Source: Lepidodermella squamata (taxonomy: Eukaryota > Animalia > Gastrotricha). Taken from it: a stretch of DNA of 64,000 bases. Both the position numbers and the translations under genes were made by a program. Below, in pieces: positions 25,769 through 37,652 of this stretch (positions within the stretch are counted from its first letter, which is position 1; each line of letters starts with the position of its first letter). The notes under the pieces are model-generated. The model did not search any database, was not told the origin of the DNA, and saw only the letters and a list, made by a program, of their open reading frames with translations. The stretch covers positions 372,001-436,000 of the forward strand of contig JBLDXI010000006.1 of NCBI GenBank assembly GCA_047495785.1, written 5' to 3'.

Positions 25769-26335
25769 ATGCGCCATCGTAACGCTAAGCCCACTGCAAC
25801 AATCAGTGTTAATACTAAGCGCGTGCCCACTGATAATTCTACTGAAAAATGCCATCCTCCAGGACCCTTCGAGTGTAAAGCCGCAAGTAGAAATGAAAAT
25901 GACATACCCACCGCTAAGCCTGGTTCGCGTTGGCCCGGCTTGCCGTTGTCATGGCCGGAAACAGTCGTCCCCATCGCGCGGAAGTACTATCACTGTCAGC
26001 TCCCCATCAATGGATTGATGACATCCTTTGGGTTAAACAATTACCCTATATTACCTTCTTTCGGAACCACTGTCTTTGGAGTGCAGGGGTTGAGCTTAGA
26101 TACCATATGCATCGGCGACCCCAGGCCACCATCTTTCCTGTCTGTCGATAAAGCTAGCTTATATGTTAGCTTATCGAGAGTTAGAACGCTCCTTGGGCTA
26201 TGGCTTGTTTATCATCTCACCGAGGATGACTATAAGTATTTCAGCCCCGATCCGAGGCTCCTCGCAGAGGACCAACGACTAAAGAGCATATCAACTGCTC
26301 TCATAGAAGATTTTTTCCGCAAAACAAGTGCATAA
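25769..26335 (+). pseudogene. C-terminal fragment of a PIF1-like (Helitron/Helentron) helicase
   Basis: YPILPSFGTTVFGVQGLSLD...SLYVSLSRVRTLLGL matches helicase motifs V/VI. The Rep domain and N-terminal motifs are absent. Confidence 0.7.
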
Positions 26336-26470
26336 GACATTTGAGCAAAGCAGCGTCAAACATAACTTTTCAATTGGAATAGAACGTGATCATGTGCAAC
26401 CATGTTTTCTAAATAAAACAAATTTATATCGCAAAAAATGCATCAGGTCTTATTGAACGAGTGTCAATCC

Positions 26471-28558
26471 CATAGATAAAGGTTAAGATGTGAAACTGTC
26501 TATCCTCTAATGTTGTCAAAATCTCGCGGTGCAAAGGTCACCATCTGCTAAGTTAACAAAAACGTGCTTTTATTAAAGCAACGCGTGGCTAGACCGAAGC
26601 ATTAAAAAAAAGGTCATTTTTTCTCTCATTCCTACGAAAACTGTCTCCTCCAAACTGAATGAAAATGATACGACTGATAGCAATTTTTGCTGGCTTTCAA
26701 ATGAATCCAAGCTCGTCGCGCCCCAAAATAGAGAAGCCGCGCAATTGTTAGACAAAAGCGGTCGCAAAATTTTGAAATTGACATTTTTTGACATTTGCCG
26801 GGACGGTAAATTTCAAAATTATGAATACAAAAATTCCAATACAATATGCATAATTCACGTCTCATTGAGATCTATCTCCAGGTGTCATTTTTAAGAAAAT
26901 CCGACACGGCTATCAATTTCTGGAAATTGCGGTTATTGGTGGAGAAAGCTAGACTAAAGCACACTTACATTAAATATTTTGCAATTGCGCTATGAGACAG
27001 GCGTATTCAACCATGACCAATTTCGCCTTATTCGCCGTAGTCAATACTCAGACTGACATTATCTCCTCGTATTTCTACCAAATTTAATGGAAATTGGATA
27101 AATAATTCATTCAGTGTAAGGGAATTATATGAGGAAATCGTCGATCGTCGATATTCGAAGCGTGATCCACAAACCCGAAAATTAAATTGTGTATCAAATT
27201 TAGCGTAGCAAATTATCTTTGCCTGTTTAACTAGGGCTGATTTTTGAAATTAGAAGATCGCGTGATGCGTTTGCCTTTGTAAATGGTCAATTCTATAGAC
27301 TGGAAAGTAATTTGTACGTAAATCAAAAAACTTCATAAGCAGTGTTACGTCATTTTTTTCAACATGTGTATCGCGGATAAAAGCTGTACACTTTTAATGA
27401 ATCTACCGTACCGCCCGAAAAGTTGCTCAACATCGTACAGCCATACATTTCGGGCAATACGGTATTAAAAAATCCTATTAAAACCTTTGCTATAACTCGA
27501 ATTTAAGAAAAACCGCCGTGTCAATATGAGTCGAAATCGGTTAATTTTTCTAACAAATTGTTACTTGGCAACTTTACCCGCGATTCCAACGAAATGAAAC
27601 GTTTCATCCACTTATTTAATTCAATATCGAAACTTAATTTAGTTTAATATCGATTTAAAAGCAGTTGGTATTAATGGTAATTCGAAGCAATGCTAAGTGT
27701 GCACACTAGGCCCGCCTGCTCGTCGCATCGATAATATCGTCAGCGTTGTTGAAGAAGTCGGATTCAGGCTTGTATGCGAGTCACTTTTCGAGTTAAACAT
27801 GTTGGTAACAGCCAGTACTTGAATAATGTAACCATATAGCGAGCAATTTTTTACCGCCCAATAACATGTAAACAACATTCTAAATGCGATTTTGTTAACG
27901 ACGTCAACGACATGGCATCACGGACATGGCGGCGGCGTTCTCTTAAAATCTGAAATTGCATCAATGTTAGAGGTAACTTGAGTGTCGAAGGGTATAGCCT
28001 TATCCAAGCAAGTCAATCTCCTTCCAAGTTAAAATCTCACCTTTCAGACGTCGCAAACAGATCGAGCAACCTTGAATCGCAATACCTCTACATTATTGCC
28101 TATTTCCAGAAATTGATAGCCGTGTCGGATTTTCTTAAAAATTACACCTGGAGATAGATCTCAATGAGACGTGAATTATGCATATTTTATTGGAATTTTT
28201 GTATTCATAATTTTGAAATTTACCGTCCCGGCAAATGTCAAAAAATGTCAATTTCGAAATTTTGCGACCGCTTTTGTCTAACAATTGCGCGGCTTCTCTA
28301 TTTTGGGGCGCGACGAGCTTGGATTCATTTGAAAGCCAGCAAAAATTGCTATCAGTCGTATCATTTTCATTCAGTTTGGAGGAGACAGTTTTCGTAGGAA
28401 TGAGAGAAAAAATGACCTTTTTTTTAATGCTTCGGTCTAGCCACGCGTTGCTTTAATAAAAGCACGTTTTTGTTTACTTAGCAGATGGTGACCTTTGCAC
28501 CGCGAGATTTTGACAACATTAGAGGATAGACAGTTTCACATCTTAACCTTTATCTATG
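26471..28558. mobile_element. Long-TIR DNA transposon (CATAG termini, 8-bp TSD; P- or hAT-like), non-autonomous
   Basis: ~457-bp near-identical inverted repeats at 26471-26927 and 28102-28558, with TSD GTCAATCC at 26463-26470 and 28559-28566. Confidence 0.9.
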
Positions 28559-29174
28559 GTCAATCCATCACATTGAAAAGGTAATTGCCTGGGAGTTCCC
28601 TGTCAACTGTCAAAGGCCGTCAGGCCGACAGTGGTAATTTCAAGTCTCTTTTCGTATCCAGCAAAAACAACCCATATGATGGCTGTCTTAGCAACATTTA
28701 GCAACCACTATAGCTTGTTTTAGACATCATTTGACGCCTAGAAAGCAGTGTGCGAAGTAGGATCCTGGAACTGAGGTGTTTTCCAGCACCCAGGCTAAAA
28801 AGCCCGAATGGCCCCTCTGGATTTCCCACCCTTCCTCTGTTTGGATCCCGGAGCTAGGGTGTCGCGACACCCCAGCACCCCTGTACTTCGCCCCCTCGCT
28901 TTGATAGGGGCTTTGAAATCTGACGATGTACTTTCCCTAAGACCACAACTATTTGGCCAAATAAATCTGGTTTTGCGTATAATTATTTGCATATGCTTTG
29001 TATGATTTATTCGATTATATGATGTAAATATTCAAGCAGGAAAAATGTGACTGTAAATTATGAATAATGAAGTATCATCAATTTCATACACCAATGCGCA
29101 TTGTTAGCAACGATTCGCAGCATGAAATAATCGTCGAATGGAATCAAAACAGTTAGTGCCGGTTGTCATCAGGC

Positions 29175-29497
29175 CTAGTTGCACAGGTCGGTGTCGCACC
29201 AACAAACACTTGATGGCTTGCCGCCAATGTGCGTCTCCTCGCAGCCCATTTCAAGGCCTTGCATGTTAATCTGGCTGCTAAGCCAACACAACTTAGTTGT
29301 GCCTCCTCTCGTCTCGCAAACATCGCAGTTGTTATTGACTGTATACTGTCCCTCAGCAAAGCCAACATAACACTTGATGGCAACTGAAATGAAGCAAAAC
29401 GGAAATCAATTATTCTGGGTTCAATTGAAAGCGAACGCTTACATGAACTAGCAAAAAGTGCTGTCAGGAAGAGTGCGACAAGGCTGGTGCGAGACAT
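29175..29497 (-). CDS. Secreted single-domain three-finger protein (inverted paralog of 13389-13708)
   Basis: MSRTSLVALFLTALFASS, gtaag...tttcag intron, FAIKCYVGFAEGQYTVNNNCDVCETRGGTTKLC...VCWCDTDLCN then TAG. Confidence 0.85.
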
Positions 29498-30010
29498 GGT
29501 CAGTGCGCTGGTTTGAAATGGTTTTTCGAAATAAGTGAACAATTAGCTGAATTGGAGAGTGTTGGAGTCGCAGTTACTACAACGGGGTTTAAATATAGGC
29601 CAACATCACGCCCAGACTTCTGGGCCGGCAAGTTATGCCACCTGTCAGGATTCTTTGTAAGACTATGTAATATCGCCCCCAGAAAGCGAGCTATTCATGG
29701 AAATTCTAGGGCGCCTAACTCGGTCAGGACAAGCTTGACCCGCCCACTGAGCTTCCTCTTGCCATTACGCAGGGAGCGTGCCAAAGTGAACACTTGCACC
29801 TTTCCCATCTACCCAACGTCGATTAGAAAATGTTCCAAACGAAGTGGCTTATGTGGCACATGAGGCGGTGACAAAGCGATAAGACCGCAGAGTAAACATG
29901 GGAGTGTGAGATTTGAAACAAATGGCTATATTAGATTAAATTCGACACACATTAGATTGAGACAGCAAATTGGTGCGTTTCGTTTTATTATCCCTAATAA
30001 TGCATTGTAC

Positions 30011-30848
30011 TCAATTGCAAAAGTCACGGTCGTCACAAATACATGTCGTAGTCGGGCCTGTTGTCCCACCATTCACCACCCTACATCCTAGCGAATACTG
30101 CACTCCAGGAGCTAGGCAAGACTTGGCCGTTAGACTGCGACCAGCAGCCACCTCAATCTCCGCCTTCTGACACGCAGCACATCCATCTTGCTCAGTGAAT
30201 TTTGCTGTCGATAGGCCAACGTGGCATTTCAAGGTTTTCCCAGCTACAGCAACTGCTTCAGGCTTCATATTGCTATTACACAAATCTATATCGTTGCAAT
30301 GGCAAGTCGTTGCCCTGCCGTAGTCGGACTTGGAAGTTTCGCAGCCTAATCGATACGGAACACTGCCCATGATACAGAACTTCGCGACAACCGATTGGCC
30401 GCTAGAATCCTCTGAGAACGAACTCTGGCAAACTGAACAGCCTTCCTTAACCTCGAAATCTCGATCAACCCCAGCGTAGCATTTCACCCGGCTTTGCTTA
30501 GGCGGCAATATCGAATCGGTGTTGCATAAATCGCCAGAGTTACACGTACATGTTGTCAATGAGCCGCCGTCAGTTCCGATTTCGGTCGCATCGCAGCCTA
30601 GTTTGAAGGTAACATTCTCCGGGACGCAGGTTCTTGTTCGTTTCGATTGGCCGGCAACCTCGGAATGGACGATTTGACAAGCCGAACAGTTGTTCTCTTC
30701 AACGTACTTCTCGCCCGAAACTCCGACGTAGCATTTTAACGATGAAACTAAAAATCAGGAAAATTCAGAAAAAATCGGGAAAAAATCTAGAATAATTACC
30801 TGAAATTGAATTAATCACTAGAATTATCAAGGTGAAAATAATCCGCAT
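30011..30848 (-). CDS. Secreted protein with three tandem three-finger domains, 2 exons
   Basis: Exon 1 MRIIFTLIILVINSIS, gtaat...ttttag intron, then LKCYVG..CSAC..CTCNSGDLCN / VKCYAG..CSVC..CHCNDIDLCN / LKCHVG..CAAC..CICDDRDFCN*. No hydrophobic tail. Confidence 0.87.
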
Positions 30849-30989
30849 TTCTAGACCACTTATACCTGTATTCTATTTAGCATTATGTGATTCAAATTCG
30901 AGATAAGAAACTTCTAGATAAGTCGTGATTTCCTCAGCACGTTTTATTAAAAGCTAAACAAAAACACAATAGCAGCAGTAGATAAAGGT

Positions 30990-31910
30990 TCAGATTGAAT
31001 GGGCCCAGTTGACGAGCCACGTTGGCCAGCTGCAGCCGAGGCGATTGCCGGCGATGAGGATGGTCAGGGCGAGGGTTGTTGCAAACGCTTGAAGGCCCGT
31101 GTAAATTGAGGCGATTATTCCGAAAATGTTAGCGCAGCCGAATGATTGGCAGCCGTAGGTTGCGTTGAGTTCCAGGCCGACGCTGGAGTGATGGCTTGAG
31201 AGCAGGAGAGCGAAGCCGATGATGAAACCGATCAAAAACACCAATTTGATGCCAACTATGATACAGAAAAAAATTGTTTAGAGAATTTCCAATTTTCGAA
31301 TTAAATAACAACATTTTTAGTAAAATTCATATTTCAAGAGATTTCACGGAATTTTATTTTAAAAAATTTCAGAGAATTTGAAAGAATTTGGAAAATTTGG
31401 AAAAATTTCACAAAAAACTCAAAAATGTTGGGAATAAATTATGAAAAATAATCCTAAAATTGAAATTTGCATTTTTTTAACAAGTTTTTTCTCACCGATA
31501 ACAGGAATTCGATGGAGTAAGCAATCTTTAACGCCTCGTCTTTTTGAACAGCAATGAGCCAAATGTAAAATTCCTTCAAGAACTCCGAACAGGAAGCAGA
31601 CGATGAATGTCAGTAAGAAAAGCGTCGCATCGCCTCGGACGTAGCCATGGTGCGCTAGAAACCAGCCGATTTTAATGCAAGTCAGGCCGATGAGATGCGG
31701 CAAATGGCTGATGAAACTCGCCGTATCGCAGCAACATTTCGGCCGATTATCGATTTTATTATTAGATCTTCGATTGTTGCTAATGTCCATTTGTAGCTCA
31801 GAGTCGGAGCAATCAGGGTTGACAAGAGTTAACGGCTCGAGGGCTGAGCTTTCACTGGCATTAGTTGGTAGCTTCGTCATTTCAGTCGATTCAACTGCTG
31901 GTGCTTCCAT
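30990..31910 (-). CDS. Uncharacterised four-TM protein, family member 2 (2 exons)
   Basis: MEAPAV...LPHLIG..KIGW..VRGD..LEGILH, gtgag...catag intron, VGIKLVFLIGF...YGCQSFGCAN...WAHSI*. Confidence 0.83.
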
Positions 31911-32318
31911 GATATTTTTTGGAGCGACGAAAAATTCAGAAAAAAATCGCAAGCACGCGATTTGATCAGGCCACTATACTGTCTAGCTATTAATTTTTAA
32001 CTGAAAAATTGTGGTATCTCGTGAGAGAGAAAATAATTACTGGAGAAATGCACAGGGTATTCACCACTTGATGCCTGGGTGTTTGAACAGGTGTTGAGGT
32101 ATGACTAACGCATGTGGCGCCTATTTATTTATCTTGCGGCATTTTGTGGTCCGAATACTAATCAGAAATTGTTTTCCCGCTTCGGCTTGTGCAAAACCAG
32201 CTTGACAAATTTATTTTTCAAATTAAAAAGCAAATGAGTGGGTGACAAAAAATACGAAAATATTCAGAAAATTGACATTGAAATTTTAGAGAAAACAAAA
32301 TTAATTGCACCACAAAAG

Positions 32319-32598
32319 TAGAGGTTCCAGCACTAATTATCATTTGACCTATACCTATTGTGATTTATTATTTTAATAACCTGGTACCATCAGCCAGTTT
32401 GAAATTTTTTCCAAATCGGTTTTCTAGATAGCCGATATCGGAAAAATCACTTATTTCTAAAATCGATACTTGAAATCGATATCGGCAAAAGTGTGATTCA
32501 AAAACTTAAGTATAGACTCAATCGATTTTAAAATTTTTTTAAGGAAGACATGAAACTCAAAAATTCGTATTTCAATGAAATTTAGTGCTGGAACCCTA
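32319..32598. mobile_element. MITE with TAG(A/G)GTTCCAGCACTAA TIRs
   Basis: Inverted termini at 32319 and 32598. The same terminus recurs at ~59751, and the internal aatcgatacttgaaatcgatatcgg motif recurs at ~37440, ~55585, ~58340 and ~60070. Confidence 0.55.
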
Positions 32599-32675
32599 AA
32601 TTCGGGCGCCCACGGCATTTGCAGAGTAGACAAAGTAGAAAATTAAGGATCGATTGTTGTCCGCATTTATTTTTT

Positions 32676-34036
32676 TCAGACGAAATTAGCAAATTTGAAC
32701 CAGCGTGATTGTGGCGCGCAGCAGTTACGACCGCACAGCTGAATGGCTAGGGCGAAGGTGGTGATGACGCCGCGTGGGAAAATGTAGAAGAGCGCGATGA
32801 TAGCCATGATGTTGGAGCAGCCGAAGGTGTTGCAGCCCCATTGCGGCATCATAGGCGCGCGGCTTGATGTAATGAGTGCGATTAGCAGCAGCACAGTTCC
32901 AGCTGTGAAGCCGATTAGCAGAAACACGAGACGAGCAACTGGGAAAAGTTGTAACAAAATTAATTAATAAAATTAATATTATAACAAAATAATTTTGATT
33001 ATAAAAAATCCGAAGAAATTTGGTCTAACCGGCAAAAATACAAAAAATTACCAAACCAGTTACCATCTGGATTTTTCGGTAATTTTCGGTAATTTCTTCG
33101 GTGGAATTGCGAATAAAAGATTATCCCTGTAAGTTTAATTTCAGAAAAATGAATAAATTTGCTGCAACAGTTTGCAAAATTTGAAAATGATTGCGGAAAT
33201 TTCAGCGTGTCCCATATAAGCAAAGAAAATACCCGGAAAATGGTTCAAAAACCCTAAACTGAGAGACGAAGTCACATCTCATGGCCAGAAAATTTTCAGA
33301 AAAATTAAAGGAAAATCACGAGAATAGTAACTATGCTTGTCACTCATTAATGGGATTAAAAAGTCTAGAGACGTTTGATAAACCGGGTAAAATACCGAAA
33401 AATTACCGAACCAGTTACCATCGGGTTTTTCCGGGTTTTCTCCTGTAATTTTTTTTATTTCTTCGGTTAAATCGCGGATAAAAGATGGAATATGTTCTCC
33501 GTGGGCTAAATCTAATAAAAATTAGTTGAACTTCCTTTAAAATGTTGCCAATTAAAAATGAGTTGCGCTAATTTTGAGACGCGCTGTATGATTTTATTGT
33601 TATAAATTGAAAAAAATCCCGAAAATTACTGGTAGCAAATTTTATGAAAATTATTTGGAAATTGTTTAAAAAATTTACTTCTCACTGGCCGTAATTTGAG
33701 TGGATTATTGCGACACCGCGTGCATCGCAGAATGCAGGTCACCAAATTGTAAAGCGCCTCACTGAGTCCAAAAGCGATGCACACAATGTAGGCAATCTCG
33801 AACAGCTTTGGATTGCCGCGAACAAACCCGCGCTCGCACAGTATAAGGCCAACCTTGACGAAAATCATGCCTATCAAATGCGGCAGGCCATGGAGTAGGA
33901 AATGCTTAGGACTCGCGACAAATTTGCATCGCCTCGTTCCATCATCCTGTTCGATCGGCGGCTTTTCAGGGTTTTTCTGCTGCTCATCGGAAATTTGGTC
34001 CGTTTTACGGACATTTTCAGCGTCTTTTTCAACCAT
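32676..34036 (-). CDS. Uncharacterised four-TM protein, family member 3 (2 exons)
   Basis: MVEKDA...GLPHLIG..KVG..VRGN, gtaaat...ttcccag intron, IARLVFLLIGF...WGCNTFGCSN...FANFV*. Confidence 0.82.
33380..33500. repeat. Dispersed repeat (accgggtaaaataccgaaaa..ccagttac..cgcggataaaagat)
   Basis: Similar copies at ~6352-6465, ~33028-33130 and ~61425-61500. Confidence 0.7.
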
Positions 34037-35298
34037 TTTTCAGGTAATAATTTTTGTATGAGATGAAAGCGAGTAGAATGAAACCAGCCTACGACGCAAC
34101 CTGGATCGGTCGCCGAGCTTTTGTTACTCTTTTATATTTAGCGCGGGTGTTTACTAAACGCCGCTGTTACAATATTATATAGACTCCATTCAACTGAGTA
34201 GTATAAGTATACGAATACGCAGCCTGTGATGATGTATACCGTTGCGTATCACTGCCTGTGCATTATACATAGCTCGCGTGATGACATCAGCGCAGTCGCA
34301 TACGCTCTTTTTTTTATTGACGATGAGGTTATCAGCAGGTGTTAACTAGGCGCTAATTGAAGCAGCACGATGGTGTGAAAAACGCTTCATTGTATAGAGT
34401 TCCCATCATATCTGAGGGTATTAGGTGGTATGGAAGGCCAAAAACTACTACGAGGTGTCAGTTTTTTCGAAACAACACATTACCTCACTGACAATCACCA
34501 TTCATATTACCAAATTTGAATAAAAGTAAATTTGATTATTCCAGCAGCTTTATCCGATTTATCCGATCTATTCTTGATAATCGATGAGGGTAACCCTAAT
34601 ATAGGATTATATATTTTAGCATCGTAGTATCATCAGTTGGGTAGAAACACGATGAATATTATCTTTCATCATTGTTGATATCTGAAAAATCACTGATTTT
34701 CAAAATCGATACCGAAAATCGATATTGCCACTATTAATCGCAAACTATGTAACAGAGCGTAGTTCCTAGTTCCTAAGTAGTTGCATGAGTAATTTTCTGA
34801 AATTTCTTGGAAAAATAAAAAAATCCAGATAAAAAACTGTGAAAATACGACGTAATTTCTTGATGTTTCCTGAATAAATAAATAAATATTTAAAAATGAA
34901 TTATTAATTAATAATTTAAAAATCCGAATTCCCTATATCACTCTTAGAACACGGCGTAATTTACTGGGAAAATGTAAACAAAAATAGATTTCTCTGCATA
35001 TTTGGTGCCAGGTTTTGAAATTTTTTAAAATTTGGCTCGATATCGGAGTTTTTTTATCTTCTGGCCATAGCGCAAATTCGCACTTGAATGGAAATTTCAG
35101 AGAAGCCTGTAAATTGTAGTTACACCCTAATTTTTTTATTCATTCAAAAACAAATAATAATAATAAATCCAGGCAATGCAAAGATGTAATAGTAGACTAG
35201 TACTAAAATCCTAAACAATAAATCCACAAAGTTCGAGTTAAGACTCGAAAAAGTTGTTCGCTATTCGGTAGCTGTTAGCTGTACATGGTCGTCGTTTG

Positions 35299-35695
35299 TT
35301 ACATCATCCACCTAGCTGCAAGTAAGAGACCAGTAAGACCGGTCACACTCGCCTGCACCGCCCTATTACCGCTGTTGCACAGGTCTTTATCCTTGCAGTA
35401 ACATTCTTCTCCTGTCTCGACGGTTTTACAGCCAATTGTAGCCTTCGTGGCGTCATCGCCACTTAGACATTTCTTTATCTCCTTTTTGCCGCTGTCGACA
35501 AACTTCTTGCAAACATCACACGGCGATTTCTCCTTAGCTTCGCCTTTGTCATCCGTTTCGTAACACTTAATTTGAGCAGCATCTTAAAAATAAATTAAAA
35601 ATTCAAGAAAAAATGAAATGTTAAATCTTACAGATTTTTGAGGCGATAAGTGCGAATAACAGGGTGGCGAAAATTATTACAGTAGGAGAATTCAT
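35299..35695 (-). CDS. Lys/Glu/Asp-rich three-finger GPI-type protein, 2 exons
   Basis: MNSPTVIIFATLLFALIASKI, gtaag...ttaag intron, YAAQIKCYETDDKGEAKEKSPCDVCKK...KKCL..IGCK..ECYCKDKDLCNSG..LLLAARWMM*. Absent from the ORF track. Confidence 0.85.
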
Positions 35696-37652
35696 TTTCC
35701 TGTCGTAGAAAAATAAAAGCTGATTTTCGATAATATAGAAATGAAAATGGCTGAATATCAAAATTTTTAGGCGTCATTGGCAATCGTAATTACACCATCT
35801 GCTGTTCGTTTTATCGCGTTTCATTTGATAAGAAAATTTTTCATAATTATAATATATTGCCTTAGTTGTAATTTTAGTCAGCGGGCGGATTTTTGGTCGG
35901 AGGCCGCCAGGCCGGAGACCAAAATCCGCCAGCTGACTAAAATTGCAAATAAGGCAATATACTTATTATCACCCATCTGCGACTTGTCCTAGTAGTAATC
36001 CGCGTCACGACGGAAAAGAGACTGATTTTTTTTCCTTTGGACTAAGACACGTGGACTTCGTAAACATTAGTAGGGCTTCATTTTTCCGAATTTTGATTCG
36101 AAAGCTACTAGCATGTTTTAAGCTGAAATTTGGAGGTTTTAATAGATTCTTTTTAACCGAAGGTGGCAAGAACGGCTCAAGTTCAGGTATTTTCAGTAAT
36201 TATTGAGGTTTCAGGTGATGTAGATTGTCAGACCTAGCTCTACATTATCTACTGTAAATACAATTCCGTTTTTTGTTTAAATACAGTTTTAGGCGATAAA
36301 TTTCAGTTGCCATCAAGCTGCTCCTAAAATTTATAGAGGGATCTAACCCTATTACTCTTTCCGGCCTGCAATTCGATATTCATGGCATTGCTATTGATTT
36401 CAAATTAAAGCACCAGCTGATCGAAAATTGGCAATTGGCAAATCCAAAAATTTTGATCACTGATAACAACGTTGAACAAATTAATCTAAAATGAATGAGA
36501 ACGGTATCTTTTCCTCAAACCTGTTCTAATCTCTTGAATTCTGGAATTATTCTGAATCTCTGCGTAGAAAACGGGGTGAATTGTATAAGTCAAATTGGAA
36601 CGAATTTTTGTCTTGATTCAATATTGAGCTCTATATTCTATTAGCCAAGCCATTTTAGTTAATTTTTTGCTATTTTCAACGTGGCCTTTTACCTTTACCT
36701 AAGCCAGGAATTTGTTGTATTTTCGCCATTTTCGCCATTTTTTCCTTAACCTATTTTTGTGTCTTGTCTTTTTTTGGGTTGTCTTAATTTTTGCTCTGCC
36801 ATCTGACGGCTACTGAGTTGACCTTCGTTCGAGTTAAGACAAATCAGACCGGCGGCTCGCTCATAAAATCCGCCGGTCTGATTTTAATCCGAACAATGGT
36901 CAACACAGTGGCCGACTGATTTTAGGACCAAGGCAAAAATATTTTCAGAGGGGTGATAATTTCTTATACCTGCTGTCAATAGCCACTTTTCATTTGATTT
37001 TGATATGACACATGTTGCATTTTGGTGGGCGCGAAATTTGTATAAATAATTCTTATCGGCATTTTGCGATATTTGTGCGCTATTATCAAAATTTATTCGC
37101 GGAAATTCCGAACACATGTCAGTCGATTATTACAGCTAAATTAGTTTTGCAATAATGCATAATGACCGCACGACTTTTCAGCGGTGACGTTTGAGCAAAT
37201 GCTCGTCAATGCATCAGTGTCGATTTTCTAATTAAATTAGGGTGCGAATATTAAAATGTGATACCAACACTAAAATGTCCCGATAATTTTCCCTTATCGG
37301 CTTTTTCGTTCTTTGATGCCTCACCTGAGCCTGGGATTTCTCATATTTTAGCTACAAATGCCCTAAGCTATGTAGGAAAATTAGGTATCAATGTTGCGTT
37401 CCAAGAAGGCTGATATCGGGACAATCACTGATTTATAGTATCGATACTTGAAATCGATATCGGCTTTGCAGGCTGAATAACTGACCGTTCAATGATTTTC
37501 AGTGATGTTTGAATTTTATTAGATTTAAAATTAACAAGTCATTCTTGCTAAATTACGCTGAAAAATAGTTTTTATTTTTATTAATGGATTTCTGAATAAC
37601 CAAAATTACAATTTGCCTATATTTAAGTTGATCAACCTGGTTTTTTATCAAA

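Larger units (their letters stand above)
25306..28640 (+). mobile_element. Helentron-derived (rolling-circle) non-autonomous element
   Basis: Subterminal IRs tgacggggaactccc (25313-25327) / gggagttccctgtca (28591-28605), a 3' hairpin actgtc..ggcc..ggcc.gacagt, T-runs at both ends, internal tandem repeats and a PIF1-like helicase remnant. The flanks rejoin to resemble the paralogous site at 12860-12890. Confidence 0.75.

Noticed and set aside
26573-28456. Mirror-image ORF pairs 26573-26865 (-) and 28164-28456 (+)
   Set aside because: They lie inside the two TIRs of one transposon and have no protein-like motifs.
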